A DNA stretch of 64,000 bases. It comes from Candidatus Omnitrophota bacterium (lineage in GTDB: Bacteria > Omnitrophota > Gorgyraeia > Zapsychrales > JANLHA01). Both the position numbers and the translations under genes were made by a program. The notes under the pieces are model-generated. The model had not been told where the DNA came from. It made no database searches and was given only the letters and a program-made list of their open reading frames with translations. The DNA lies in assembly GCA_029560465.1 (NCBI GenBank), contig JAKQKX010000090.1, positions 8,189 through 72,188 of the forward strand. Reading direction: 5' to 3'. Positions within the stretch are counted from its first letter, which is position 1, and each line of letters starts with the position of its first letter. This document shows, piece after piece, positions 38,366 through 48,259 of the stretch.

Positions 38366-39511
38366 TTATTGATTTTCATTAAAATACGTTTGCGCGGCCG
38401 CCACCCCCGCCCCCAGCTTAAACTTATACCCGAGTTCCTTAAGTACTTTTTCCAGGCAGGAAATCCCGGTAAGCATGTCGTACTCATCCAGGCATCCCAT
38501 GTGAGCGATGCGGATGATCTTCCCCTTCAGGTCTCCTTGCCCCCCCGCGACAGAAATACCGTAAGTGTCACGCATCCGCTTGACCACTTTCCCGCCGTCC
38601 ATCCCTTCCGGGAGGTTGATCGCCGTCAAGACATTGGATATGCAAGATTCCTCAGCAAGCAAAGACAACCCCAGGGCTTTGGCCGCCTCCCGCGTCGCCT
38701 TGGCCAGCCGTTCATAATGCTTAAACAGATTGTCCAAGCCCGTCTCTTTCACGAGCCGCAAGCTTTCGGTCAGGGCGATGACAATCCCGATCGCCGGGGT
38801 AAACGGCGTGTCGGTTTTTTCCACCACTTTTTTGTATTTCCTTAAATCAAAATAATACTTCGGGCATTTGGACTGCGCCATCAACGCCTGGGCTTTCGGG
38901 CTGGCCGCAACAATAGCCACCCCCGGAGGCAGCATAAACCCTTTATGCGAGGCGGAGGCGACCACATCAACATTCCAGTCATCCATCTTCAGTTCGATCA
39001 CGCCCAAGGCGCTGACCGAGTCGACAACCAAAATGGCGTTGGTCTTTTTAACGACCTCTCCAAGCGCTTTCAGATCCGTGGTGACGCCGGTCGAGGTTTC
39101 ACAGTGCGTGACATAAACAGCTTTAATATCCTTATCTTCCGATAGCATTTTCTCAATGACCTTCGGACTGACAGCCCTCCCCCAAGGGACTTCCACCACC
39201 TTGGGTTCCACCTGATAAGCGCGGCACAATTCGGTCCAGCGTTCCCCGAATTTGCCCCCTTCCACCGTAATGGCCTTATCACCCGGAGACAGGAAACTGC
39301 AGACACTCGCCTCCATCGCCCCTGTGCCGGAAGCGGCCAAGAGGTACACGTCGTGTTGGGTCTGCAAAACATATTTCAACCCGTCAAAAGCTTCTTTCAA
39401 AAAATTCTGGAACTGCGGCGTGCGGTGGTGGATAATCGGCCGGCCTAAAACTTCACATAACTGAGGCGGCACCTGGGTAGGCCCCGGTGTCAGCAATAAA
39501 TTTCTTTTCAT
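38366..39511 (-). CDS. serC: class V aminotransferase (serine-pyruvate / phosphoserine aminotransferase type)
   Basis: N-terminus LLTPGPTQVPPQ, PLP-lysine region (SASHKGFMLPPGV). Adjacency to serA suggests a phosphoserine aminotransferase role. Confidence 0.75.
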   Translation of the reverse strand: MKRNLLLTPGPTQVPPQLCEVLGRPIIHHRTPQFQNFLKEAFDGLKYVLQTQHDVYLLAASGTGAMEASVCSFLSPGDKAITVEGGKFGERWTELCRAYQVEPKVVEVPWGRAVSPKVIEKMLSEDKDIKAVYVTHCETSTGVTTDLKALGEVVKKTNAILVVDSVSALGVIELKMDDWNVDVVASASHKGFMLPPGVAIVAASPKAQALMAQSKCPKYYFDLRKYKKVVEKTDTPFTPAIGIVIALTESLRLVKETGLDNLFKHYERLAKATREAAKALGLSLLAEESCISNVLTAINLPEGMDGGKVVKRMRDTYGISVAGGQGDLKGKIIRIAHMGCLDEYDMLTGISCLEKVLKELGYKFKLGAGVAAAQTYFNENQ

Positions 39512-39605
39512 GGGAAGCCCTTTCTGTTTGAAAAATTTTATAAAAGCGTTTTATCCTTCAAAATTAAAATCAGAGTGTGTTATATGAATGCCCCCATCCT
39601 TTCAT

Positions 39606-40199
39606 TTACGTATCCAAAACCTGATCCACAAGGCCGTAATCCCTGGCTTCAACGGAAGACATAAAAAAATCCCGGTCCGAATCTTTTTCCACGCGCTCAA
39701 TCGCCTGTCCGGTGTGTTTAGCTAAAATTTTAATCAATTCTTCTTTCATCCGCAAAATTTCTTTGGCCTGAATAGAGATATCACTGGCCGTCCCTTGCAC
39801 TCCCCCCCACGGTTGGTGGATCATAATCCTTGAATAAGGCAACGCGAACCGCTTCCCCTTTGCCCCGGCGGAAAGCAGAACCGCGCCCATGCTGGCCGCC
39901 TGCCCGATACAATAGGTGCAGACACTCGGCTTGATGTACTGCATGGTGTCATAAATCGCCAGGCCCGCCGTGACAGAGCCGCCGGGCGAATTCACGTAAA
40001 TATGGATGTCCTTGGAAGCGTCCTCGCTCTGGAGGAACAGCAATTGGGCGATCACGAGGTTGGCGACCATGTCGTCGACCGCCGTGCCGATAAAAATAAT
40101 CCGGTCTTTCAGGAGACGGGAATAAATATCATAAGCTCTTTCGGCGTGACCGGTTTTTTCGATGACCATCGGGACTAACGTCTGGTATTTTATCTCCAT
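39606..40199 (-). CDS. clpP: ATP-dependent Clp protease proteolytic subunit
   Basis: Catalytic triad context ([14 protein letters not shown]). Confidence 0.93.
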   Translation of the reverse strand: MEIKYQTLVPMVIEKTGHAERAYDIYSRLLKDRIIFIGTAVDDMVANLVIAQLLFLQSEDASKDIHIYVNSPGGSVTAGLAIYDTMQYIKPSVCTYCIGQAASMGAVLLSAGAKGKRFALPYSRIMIHQPWGGVQGTASDISIQAKEILRMKEELIKILAKHTGQAIERVEKDSDRDFFMSSVEARDYGLVDQVLDT

Positions 40200-40237
40200 C
40201 TCTTCACTCCTTTGCGGCAGGCTGAATGTTTTAACGA

Positions 40238-41128
40238 TTATTCCCAGTGGGCTTCCTTGAAAAGGAACTCCATAACTTTCGCCGGCAAATTTTCGTTCTG
40301 CAGCACGGACATCCCCTCTAATTCAGCAATTTTATCCAGGATCAGGTACACCCGGACATCCTTCTCCACAGGTTTCTGCAAAGCCTTGCGCAGCTCAGCT
40401 TCTTTCTTAACCATATCCTCTTCCGGCGTCCCCTGGGTCCTCATCTGCTCCATGGCATGATGCAAGCGATGTTCCAATTGTTTTTTCACGAGGGATTGTG
40501 GAACAGGGAATTTGGCTTCTTTCAACAAAGCCTCAATAATCTGATTTTCAATATCAACCCGGTTAGACCGGTCCTTGTCCAATTCCATCTGGCGTTTCAA
40601 AGTCTGCTTAAACTCATCGAGGTTCGGGTACCCCAGGCCTTTAGCGAAATTATCATCCAAAGGCACATCCTTGCCTTGATCATTTCCCTGGCTCTTTTTG
40701 AAGAAATCCAAAGTTTTCTCGATCTCCTCTTCGGTGACCTGCGAACTCTTCCTCTTGACGGAAATCCCTTTATAATTCCCCATCTGGACCTCCGGCTTGA
40801 TATCAATCACCGCCTTGAATGTCACAATCCCGTCTTTGAATTCCACATCTTCTATTTCCGGCAGGTCAATGGGCGCTATCTTCTCCTGCTCAATCCCTTC
40901 CCGGTAAACAACGGGGATCAATTTCTTCAGGGCCTCTTCCCGGGCTAACGCCGCGTGTTCATTTTCAAGGATATGGCGGGGAGCTTTCCCAGGGCGGAAC
41001 CCCTTAATCTTAGCCACACGCCCCATGTCTGAATAGACTTCTTCGAGGACCTGGGTCACCCGGTCCTTGGAAACCTCAAAATTAAGCTCGCGTTTCAACG
41101 CATCCACTTTTTTAACAGCAACTTTCAT
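40238..41128 (-). CDS. tig: trigger factor lacking the FKBP-type PPIase domain
   Basis: The N-terminal ribosome-binding domain ([13 protein letters not shown] signature) joins directly to a C-terminal chaperone-arm domain. Total 296 aa, versus about 430 for canonical TF. tig-clpP adjacency. Confidence 0.8.
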   Translation of the reverse strand: MKVAVKKVDALKRELNFEVSKDRVTQVLEEVYSDMGRVAKIKGFRPGKAPRHILENEHAALAREEALKKLIPVVYREGIEQEKIAPIDLPEIEDVEFKDGIVTFKAVIDIKPEVQMGNYKGISVKRKSSQVTEEEIEKTLDFFKKSQGNDQGKDVPLDDNFAKGLGYPNLDEFKQTLKRQMELDKDRSNRVDIENQIIEALLKEAKFPVPQSLVKKQLEHRLHHAMEQMRTQGTPEEDMVKKEAELRKALQKPVEKDVRVYLILDKIAELEGMSVLQNENLPAKVMEFLFKEAHWE

Positions 41129-41157
41129 AATAAACCTTTGGCCTCCTTGCCGATTAA

Positions 41158-41886
41158 CTACATACTGAATTTTTCCCCCAAATAGATCTGTTTGGCTTTG
41201 GGGTCATTGATAAGATCCTTCGTGGTCCCCGATATCAAGACATTGCCTTCCGCGACGAGATAAGCCCGGTCCGTGATGGCGAGCGTTTCCCTGACGTTAT
41301 GATCCGTCAACAAAATCCCGATCCCCCGTTTCTTCAGGTCCTTGATGATTTCCTGGGCTTCCGCCACCACGATCGGGTCAATCCCTGAAAAAGGTTCGTC
41401 TAACAAAAGAAACGAAGGGTTTGTCACCAGGGCGCGTGTGATTTCCAGCCTGCGGCGCTCCCCACCGCTGAGCGTGTAGGCCTTGCTGTTGGCCAAATGA
41501 GCGATATTCAGTTCTTCCAGCAGGGAATTCAGCCGACGGCGCCGTTCCCTCGGGCTGATATCCAGGGTTTCCAGGATCGCCATGATATTGTCCCGCACGG
41601 TGAGTTTTCGGAAAATCGAATTTTCCTGTGCGAGATACCCCATGCCCAAACGGCAACGCGCGTGAATCGGTTTTTTAGTGATCTCCCCCTGGTCAAAAAA
41701 AATCTGCCCGAAATCCGGAGGGACAATCCCGACAATCATATAAAACGAAGTGGTCTTGCCCGCACCGTTAGGGCCGAGGATCCCGACGATCTCCGACCGG
41801 CCCACGGTGATGCTCAACCCGTCCACAACCCGCCGGCCCCCATAAGTTTTAACCAGACCTCTTGTCTCCAGCAAATGTAAGCTCAT
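41158..41886 (-). CDS. lptB: LPS export ABC transporter ATP-binding protein LptB
   Basis: Walker A GPNGAGKTT, ABC signature LSGGERRRLEI, Walker B LLLDEP. Position downstream of the lptC/A-like gene. Confidence 0.9.
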   Translation of the reverse strand: MSLHLLETRGLVKTYGGRRVVDGLSITVGRSEIVGILGPNGAGKTTSFYMIVGIVPPDFGQIFFDQGEITKKPIHARCRLGMGYLAQENSIFRKLTVRDNIMAILETLDISPRERRRRLNSLLEELNIAHLANSKAYTLSGGERRRLEITRALVTNPSFLLLDEPFSGIDPIVVAEAQEIIKDLKKRGIGILLTDHNVRETLAITDRAYLVAEGNVLISGTTKDLINDPKAKQIYLGEKFSM

Positions 41887-42066
41887 TATTTTTTATCCTG
41901 AAAGACAAACCCCGGCCCGCCCACGGGTGTTTCCGGGAACGCCGGGATGATAACCGCCGGGGTTTCCGCTTGAAAACACAATTATAGTACAATTTTTATA
42001 AATGAAAAGACTTTTCGGAAAACTCCCGCCCCAGGATTCCCAAAACCAAAAGTGTTCCCCCGGGGG

Positions 42067-42918
42067 CTATTTCTTCATGCCTTTCGTGAACGAGGCGATG
42101 CTGCCTTCTCCCGCTGTGATCAATATGATTTTCGGCTGGCCCGTCAGGGTTATTTTTTGCGTATCGGCCTCATAAACAGCGCGTTGGGAGTGTGTTTTAT
42201 TCCCCCCCTGAATGATCTCCACATTGCCGGCGCAAATCATTTTCTGAACCGTCTGCGCTTCGGGGTCAAAAAACACCGTTATTTCATCGGCTTTCAGGGT
42301 CCGATCCGCCTGCACGGCCACAACGTTGTCCTTTAAAACCGCCTTATTTTTTTTCTGGTCAATCTCCAAAGGCCCGTCACAGCTGATCGTGACCAGCTGG
42401 CTTTCCGCTTCTTCTGGCTGGGGCTTAACCTTAACCGTCACATCCCTTTTCATCTGCGCGACCATCAGCCCCGGCTTGGCCTTCATACCGGTGCCCACTG
42501 CGGTCATGCGCTGATCCGACAGCTCCACAAGATCCTCGGTTTCCACGAGGTCTCTTTCTTTATACCAGTCCAGCGACTCGGTTTTCATCTGCCCGCCATC
42601 CTGCGATGTAATCACCACATTTTTTTCCAGCCGGATATCCCCGCTGGCCTTGTCAAGCCTGCCGATCTTGGCCTTGAGGTTCATGGTCTGGTCCCCATAA
42701 TGATTAGCGTCCACGTTGGTGATCTTGATCTGTTCCCCGAAAACATCCGCGGTATCCCCGCGCAAATCCCATTTCATGCGGCCGTCATTTTCATACCCCT
42801 GCAGGTTAAATCCTTCAAACTGCTGGCCGGATCCCTGAGCAGAAATAGGGCTCCCCCCCGCGGCCAACACCCCCCACAAAAACCCAGTGATCCATAAACA
42901 GCGGAAAATTAGTTTCAT
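42067..42918 (-). CDS. LPS transport periplasmic protein with tandem OstA-like (LptC-like + LptA-like) regions
   Basis: N-terminal anchor/signal, then two successive beta-jellyroll-like segments. Sits in the kdsD-kdsC-lptC-lptA-lptB syntenic position. Start set at MKLIFRC (42918), next to the kdsC stop. Confidence 0.65.
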   Translation of the reverse strand: MKLIFRCLWITGFLWGVLAAGGSPISAQGSGQQFEGFNLQGYENDGRMKWDLRGDTADVFGEQIKITNVDANHYGDQTMNLKAKIGRLDKASGDIRLEKNVVITSQDGGQMKTESLDWYKERDLVETEDLVELSDQRMTAVGTGMKAKPGLMVAQMKRDVTVKVKPQPEEAESQLVTISCDGPLEIDQKKNKAVLKDNVVAVQADRTLKADEITVFFDPEAQTVQKMICAGNVEIIQGGNKTHSQRAVYEADTQKITLTGQPKIILITAGEGSIASFTKGMKK

Positions 42919-42919
42919 T

Positions 42920-43432
42920 TTATTGATGCATACGGACAACCACCTGCCATTTGTCCTGTGATTTAAGTATAAGTTCGACCACTTCCCGGACCGCACCGCG
43001 CCCACCCGGCTTTTGGGTGACATAGTCCGCCACATCCTTGATTTCGGCATGGGCATTGGCCACCGCCACGGCAAACCCGACCCGCTTCAGGACCGCCAGG
43101 TCAGGCAGATCATCTCCGACAAAACAAACTTCCTCATCCCGGGCGTCAAAATCCTTAAGAAGCTTCTCGTAAGTGTCGATTTTAGGGAACGCGTTCTGGT
43201 AAACCTTGTCAATCTTCAGGTCATTCGCCCGCACGTCAACAGGTTTGGCCGCCCGGGCCGAAAGGATGGCGGTCTTTAACCCCAGCCGGCGCCACAGGAT
43301 GATACCATACCCGTCCTGCACGTCAAAAAATTTTATTTCATGCCCGAGGGAATCATAAATGATCCGGCCATCCGTCAATACTCCATCCACATCCAGGGCT
43401 AAAATTTTTATTTTTCTGATTTTTTCATCCAT
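42920..43432 (-). CDS. kdsC: 3-deoxy-D-manno-octulosonate 8-phosphate phosphatase
   Basis: HAD motifs DVDGVLTDG and GDDLPDL. Confidence 0.9.
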   Translation of the reverse strand: MDEKIRKIKILALDVDGVLTDGRIIYDSLGHEIKFFDVQDGYGIILWRRLGLKTAILSARAAKPVDVRANDLKIDKVYQNAFPKIDTYEKLLKDFDARDEEVCFVGDDLPDLAVLKRVGFAVAVANAHAEIKDVADYVTQKPGGRGAVREVVELILKSQDKWQVVVRMHQ

Positions 43433-43493
43433 GGGAATCCTTTGTCTTAAAAATATCCATCATGCCCGCCGCGCAATCCAGGGCTAGACGCCG

Positions 43494-44453
43494 CTAAAAT
43501 AACCCCGCCCGCAACAGGTCCTGGATATCCAGCAAACCCACGGCGCACCCTTTGCTGTCCACGACCGGCAGTTCGTCAATCTTTTTGTCCTGCAATAACG
43601 TGAACGCTTCAACGGCGAGTTTATCCTGCCGGATAACCGTCGGGTCAAGGGTCATAACTTCCTTCACTTTTCTCTTCAGAACCCCGCCGTCCCCTTCCAG
43701 ATGACGGCGCAAGTCCCCGTCGGTAAAAATACCGGTCAGTTTCCCCTTAGAATTGACGATGACCGCCGATCCGCACCGTGAGCGTGTGATGGCCAGAAGG
43801 ACGTCCTTCACCACGGTGTTCTCCCCCACCAAAGGCAAAAATTTATCTTTACGCATGATATCCTCCACCCTCAAAAGCAGCCTCCGCCCCAAGGCGCCGC
43901 CGGGATGGAAAAACGCGAAATCTTCTTTTTTAAATCCCCGCCGGACAATCAAACAGGCGGCCAACGCGTCCCCCATCACCAACGTGGCGGTTGTCGATGC
44001 CATGGGGGCCAGCCCCAAAGGGCATCCTTCCTGTTCGACAAAAACATTCAAGACCACATCACTATACCGGGCGAGGCTGGAGGAAGGGTTCCCGGTCACG
44101 GCAATTGTCTTGGCGCCGATCTTTTTGAGCAAAGGCAACAACCGGGTGGTTTCTTCCGTTTCTCCGCTGTTGGAGATCACAATCAGGACATCCGCGCGGG
44201 TCACCTGGCCCAAGTCGCCGTGCACGGCTTCCGCGCTGTGCAAAAAAATGCTTGGGGTCCCGGTGGAAGACAACGTCGCCGCGATTTTGCGCCCGATAAT
44301 CCCGGTTTTGCCCATCCCCGTCACGATCACCCGGCCCTGACATTCCAGGATTAACTCCACCGCCCGGGTGAAATTCTGGTCGAGGTGTTTTTTTAAACCC
44401 TGGATAGCCGCGGCTTCAATCTCTATGACTTCTTTGGCTTTGCTGAGGGACAT
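43494..44453 (-). CDS. kdsD: arabinose-5-phosphate isomerase (SIS + CBS domains)
   Basis: SIS domain (GRVIVTGMGKTGIIGRK, SNSGETEE) and tandem CBS. Start at MSLSKAKEV. Confidence 0.9.
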   Translation of the reverse strand: MSLSKAKEVIEIEAAAIQGLKKHLDQNFTRAVELILECQGRVIVTGMGKTGIIGRKIAATLSSTGTPSIFLHSAEAVHGDLGQVTRADVLIVISNSGETEETTRLLPLLKKIGAKTIAVTGNPSSSLARYSDVVLNVFVEQEGCPLGLAPMASTTATLVMGDALAACLIVRRGFKKEDFAFFHPGGALGRRLLLRVEDIMRKDKFLPLVGENTVVKDVLLAITRSRCGSAVIVNSKGKLTGIFTDGDLRRHLEGDGGVLKRKVKEVMTLDPTVIRQDKLAVEAFTLLQDKKIDELPVVDSKGCAVGLLDIQDLLRAGLF

Positions 44454-44458
44454 ATTCC

Positions 44459-45319
44459 TTATTTCCTTCTCCTCGGTTTCCCGCCGGGGCCGGGACATCT
44501 TTCCCGTTTCACGACCGCATCGATCGCCACCAAATCAACCAGCAGATCCTCCAGCGCACTCACAGGGAGCATGTTAGGCCCGTCGGATAAAGCCTTTTCA
44601 GGCTTCAGGTGGACCTCCATGAACACGGCGTCACAGCCGGCAGCGACGCCGCAACGGGCCAACAAAGGGATATATTCCCTGTTCCCTCCCGAGGCCGACC
44701 CCAACCCTCCCGGCTGCTGGACACTGTGGGAAGCGTCTAAACAAACCGGATAGCCGAGGGCCCGCATCACCGCCAATGAACGGAAATCCGTCACCAGATT
44801 GTTGTAGCCGAACGTGACCCCCCTCTCGGTGAGAATAATGCGGTCATTGCCGCTCTCTTTCACCTTCTCGGCAACCGATTTCATGTCCCAGGGGGCCAGG
44901 AACTGCCCTTTTTTAATATTGATAATTTTCCCGGTCTTGGCCGCCCGGGCCAAAAGATCGGTCTGCCGGCAAAGGAACGCCGGGATCTGCAGGATATCCA
45001 GGACTTCCGCCGCCGGGGCGATTTCGCATTCCTCATGGACATCACTGGTCACAGGGACAGCAAGGTCTTCCCGGACACGGGCGAGGGTGCGCAACCCTTT
45101 CTGAAGGCCGGGGCCGCGAAACGACCGGATCGATGTCCGGTTTGCTTTATCATAGCTGGCTTTGAAAATAAACGGAATTTTCAAACGGCCGGTTATTTCT
45201 TTGAGCGCTTCGGCAATACGGAACACCGTGACCTCATCCTCAATCACGCAGGGGCCGGCGATCAAAACAAACGGCCGCCCCCCGCCGATACGAATATCCC
45301 CCAGCACGAGTGGTTTCAT
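44459..45319 (-). CDS. kdsA: 2-dehydro-3-deoxyphosphooctonate aldolase (KDO-8-P synthase)
   Basis: DAHP/KDO8P synthase family (FVLIAGPCVIE, KASYDKANR). Confidence 0.9.
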   Translation of the reverse strand: MKPLVLGDIRIGGGRPFVLIAGPCVIEDEVTVFRIAEALKEITGRLKIPFIFKASYDKANRTSIRSFRGPGLQKGLRTLARVREDLAVPVTSDVHEECEIAPAAEVLDILQIPAFLCRQTDLLARAAKTGKIINIKKGQFLAPWDMKSVAEKVKESGNDRIILTERGVTFGYNNLVTDFRSLAVMRALGYPVCLDASHSVQQPGGLGSASGGNREYIPLLARCGVAAGCDAVFMEVHLKPEKALSDGPNMLPVSALEDLLVDLVAIDAVVKRERCPGPGGKPRRRK

Positions 45320-46065
45320 GGCCGCCCCACCTTTTCCCGGGCGAGGAAGGCTTCCACCCGAAGGAGGTCTTCCGCCGTATCCACGCTGATTGTATCGTGG
45401 GCCGTTAGAACCACTTTAATCTTATAGCCGGCCTGCAGGACCCGAAGCTGCTCTAACCGCTCGGCCTGTTCTAGCGCGGACGGGGGCAACGTCTTGAGCT
45501 TCATGAGAAAATCTTTCCGGTAAGCGTAAAGGCCAAAATGTTTAAGATAGTCCGCATGTTGAAAAGAAGTTTTATCCCGGTTAAAAGGGATCCCCAAGCG
45601 GGAAAAATACAGGGCGTTCCCTTGCCCATCCAGGACAACTTTAACGACATTCGGGTCCTCCACCTCCCCGGGATCGGTGATCTTGCGGGCGAGGGTCGCC
45701 ATCACGCAGGAGGCGTCCGCGCGGACCGCTTCAGCGAGGGCATCAATCATCTCCGGATGAAGCAGGGGCTCGTCGCCCTGTACGTTAAGGACGATATCGG
45801 CCGGCTCATGTTGCACGGCTTGAGCGATCCGATCCGTCCCTGACGGGTGGTCACAAGCAGTCATCACGGCCCTGGCGCCGAATCCGGCGGCCGCGGCCAT
45901 GACACGGGGGTCATCACAGGCAATCAAGACCCCATCGCAAAGACGGCTCTCTTGCGCCCGCCGGTAAACATGTTCGATCATGGGCCGCCCCTGAATCAGG
46001 GCCAAAACTTTGCCCGGGAAACGGGTCGAACCGTAACGGGCCGGGATCACAGCGATTATCTTCAT
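45316..46065 (-). CDS. kdsB: 3-deoxy-manno-octulosonate cytidylyltransferase (CMP-KDO synthetase)
   Basis: IIAVIPARYGSTRFPGKVL and downstream GDEP motif. ATGA overlap with kdsA. Confidence 0.9.
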   Translation of the reverse strand: MKIIAVIPARYGSTRFPGKVLALIQGRPMIEHVYRRAQESRLCDGVLIACDDPRVMAAAAGFGARAVMTACDHPSGTDRIAQAVQHEPADIVLNVQGDEPLLHPEMIDALAEAVRADASCVMATLARKITDPGEVEDPNVVKVVLDGQGNALYFSRLGIPFNRDKTSFQHADYLKHFGLYAYRKDFLMKLKTLPPSALEQAERLEQLRVLQAGYKIKVVLTAHDTISVDTAEDLLRVEAFLAREKVGRP

Positions 46066-46108
46066 GGCAAAGCACTCCTTACCCATCGGGCTGCTCGGGA
46101 TATTATCA

Positions 46109-47137
46109 TCAATGATTCTTGGTCGCCTCTAGGAGTTCCTCGGGAGTGACGGTAACCGCCCCCATTTTCCCGACGACTATTCCGGCGGCGTAATTAGCCA
46201 GGTCCGCGGCCTGGAATTTGGAAACCCCCGCGGACAACCCGAGGGTGTAAACCGAAATGACCGTGTCTCCCGCGCCGGTCACGTCAAACACATCCTGGGC
46301 CTTGGTCGGAATCCGCACAGGTTTCTTCCCCCGCTCAAACAGCATGAGGCCGTGCTCTCCGAGTGTGATGAGCAGGGACTCCAGCTCCATAAATTTCAAC
46401 AGCTGCGCCCCGGCTTTCTCAACGTCAGCGATCGTTTCCAGCCGGTCGCTGGTCAAAGGCAACTTCTTGCGTCCGTTATGCGTAATTTTAATATTCCGAA
46501 TCGCGTTTTCCGCTTCCTTCCGGTTAGGCGTAATGGCCGTCACCCCTGAATAATACGCAAAATGTTCCACCTTGGGGTCCACGGTCAAAATCTTGCCATA
46601 ATGCCTGGCCAAAGCGCAAATCTCCTCCACCAGCTCACGGGTAATCATGCCTTTCCCATAGTCTGACATGATCATCGCGTCGAATTTTGGGATATTCCGT
46701 TTCAAAAAATTTAAAACTTTAGGATAAAATTTTTTATCCTCCGAAGGCGCAACGCGTTCCCGGTCAAGGCGCAGAACCTGCTGATGCTGCGCAATGATCC
46801 GGGTCTTAACGATCGTCGGGGTATAGCGGTCGACGAACACCCCTGACGTCGCGATCCTGCAATCTTGCAAACATTGATCCAGAAGCCGGCCTTCCGGGTC
46901 GCCCCCAATCCGGCCGACTAAAAGAACCTTGGCCCCCAAAGTCCGCAAATTGCACGCCACATTGGCGGCCCCGCCCGGAGAATACGTTGGGTCCTGCTCC
47001 TGCACAACAACCGGAACCGGCGCTTCCGGTGAAATACGGGACACCGAACCCCGGATATGCTGATCAAGGATAATATCCCCTATCACCAGAAGCTTTTTAC
47101 TCTTGAAGGCTTTAATAATTTTCTTATAAGAATTCAT
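46109..47137 (-). CDS. hldE: D-glycero-beta-D-manno-heptose 7-phosphate kinase (HldE/RfaE domain I only; PfkB family)
   Basis: PfkB ribokinase-like motifs (GAANVA, DVTGAGDT). There is no fused adenylyltransferase domain. Confidence 0.82.
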   Translation of the reverse strand: MNSYKKIIKAFKSKKLLVIGDIILDQHIRGSVSRISPEAPVPVVVQEQDPTYSPGGAANVACNLRTLGAKVLLVGRIGGDPEGRLLDQCLQDCRIATSGVFVDRYTPTIVKTRIIAQHQQVLRLDRERVAPSEDKKFYPKVLNFLKRNIPKFDAMIMSDYGKGMITRELVEEICALARHYGKILTVDPKVEHFAYYSGVTAITPNRKEAENAIRNIKITHNGRKKLPLTSDRLETIADVEKAGAQLLKFMELESLLITLGEHGLMLFERGKKPVRIPTKAQDVFDVTGAGDTVISVYTLGLSAGVSKFQAADLANYAAGIVVGKMGAVTVTPEELLEATKNH

Positions 47138-47182
47138 TTTTCTTTATTTAAAATAGATTATTAATTTCATAAGAGGTTGATT

Positions 47183-48259
47183 CTAACACAGTTTGAATAA
47201 CGCGTCAACAGCCCGGAGAACCTCTTGCGTGGTCACGGTGTAAAGGAATGTCGGGTCAGAAACCATGCCCTTAGCAAAGGAAATGCTTCTGTCTTCACCC
47301 GGGGCAACATAAACACTCTTTTCTCCCAATGGTTTCCAGCGTTCCGGATTGATCCCGGGTTGGTTTCGGGTAAAAATAGAAACAACCGGGATGCCCAGGG
47401 CTGCCGCGAGATGCACCGGTCCGGAATCATTAGAAATCAACAACATACAGCGCTTAAGAAAACTGGCGAGCTGCCCCAAGGTTGTTTCTCCGGTCAGGTT
47501 ATAGACCAGGCCAGGAACTGCGCGCTGGATTTCCTCCGCCACCGCCCGCACCTCAGGCCCCCCCACAAGCACAATCGGCGCCTTGAAACGGCTTTGCAAT
47601 GCCGGGATCAATTCGATAAACCGTATGACCGGCCACCGTCTGGTCGGACAGCTGGCGCCGGGAGAAACAGCAATCAAATCCTGCCCCGGAGACAGGCCAC
47701 AACGCCGTATCCAGTTATCCGCCCACACATCATTATCCGGACGGGTCGGCACATACAAATCCACCGGGGTATCGGAGACCCCCAGTATTTTAAGAACGTC
47801 CAGACAGTAACGGGCCTCGTGCTTCTTCCCGAGCGGACGGTCATCCGTCAAAGGAACGTTTAATAAAAAACCGAACTTGTCATTCTTGTACCCCAGCCGG
47901 ACAGGGATCCCGGCCGCCCAGCAAAGAAAATTCATCCGTTTTTTCGTGTGATAAATAATCGCCAGGTCAAAATGGCGGCTGCGGATGTCCTGAATCAGCC
48001 GCCAGAACCCCATCCCTTTATGAGCCCCGGCCCGGTCGTCAAAAAGAAGGCAGTCAACGTCCGGATTCCCTTCAACAATATCCCGGGTGCCAGGCGACAA
48101 AAGGACAGAAATCTTTGCCGCAGGGAATTGTTTCCTTAAGGCGCGCAAGGCCGCTGTTGTTAAAACAACATCACCGATTTTATCGGTCCTGACGACAAGG
48201 ATATTCTGATACATAGGGCGTGCGTGGGCTGACAAAAGCTGGGGAGTGGTCATATTCAA
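47183..48259 (-). CDS. LPS heptosyltransferase (glycosyltransferase family 9)
   Basis: GT9 N-terminal KIGDVVLTTAAL and C-terminal NDSGPVHLAAALG motifs. Confidence 0.85.
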   Translation of the reverse strand: MNMTTPQLLSAHARPMYQNILVVRTDKIGDVVLTTAALRALRKQFPAAKISVLLSPGTRDIVEGNPDVDCLLFDDRAGAHKGMGFWRLIQDIRSRHFDLAIIYHTKKRMNFLCWAAGIPVRLGYKNDKFGFLLNVPLTDDRPLGKKHEARYCLDVLKILGVSDTPVDLYVPTRPDNDVWADNWIRRCGLSPGQDLIAVSPGASCPTRRWPVIRFIELIPALQSRFKAPIVLVGGPEVRAVAEEIQRAVPGLVYNLTGETTLGQLASFLKRCMLLISNDSGPVHLAAALGIPVVSIFTRNQPGINPERWKPLGEKSVYVAPGEDRSISFAKGMVSDPTFLYTVTTQEVLRAVDALFKLC

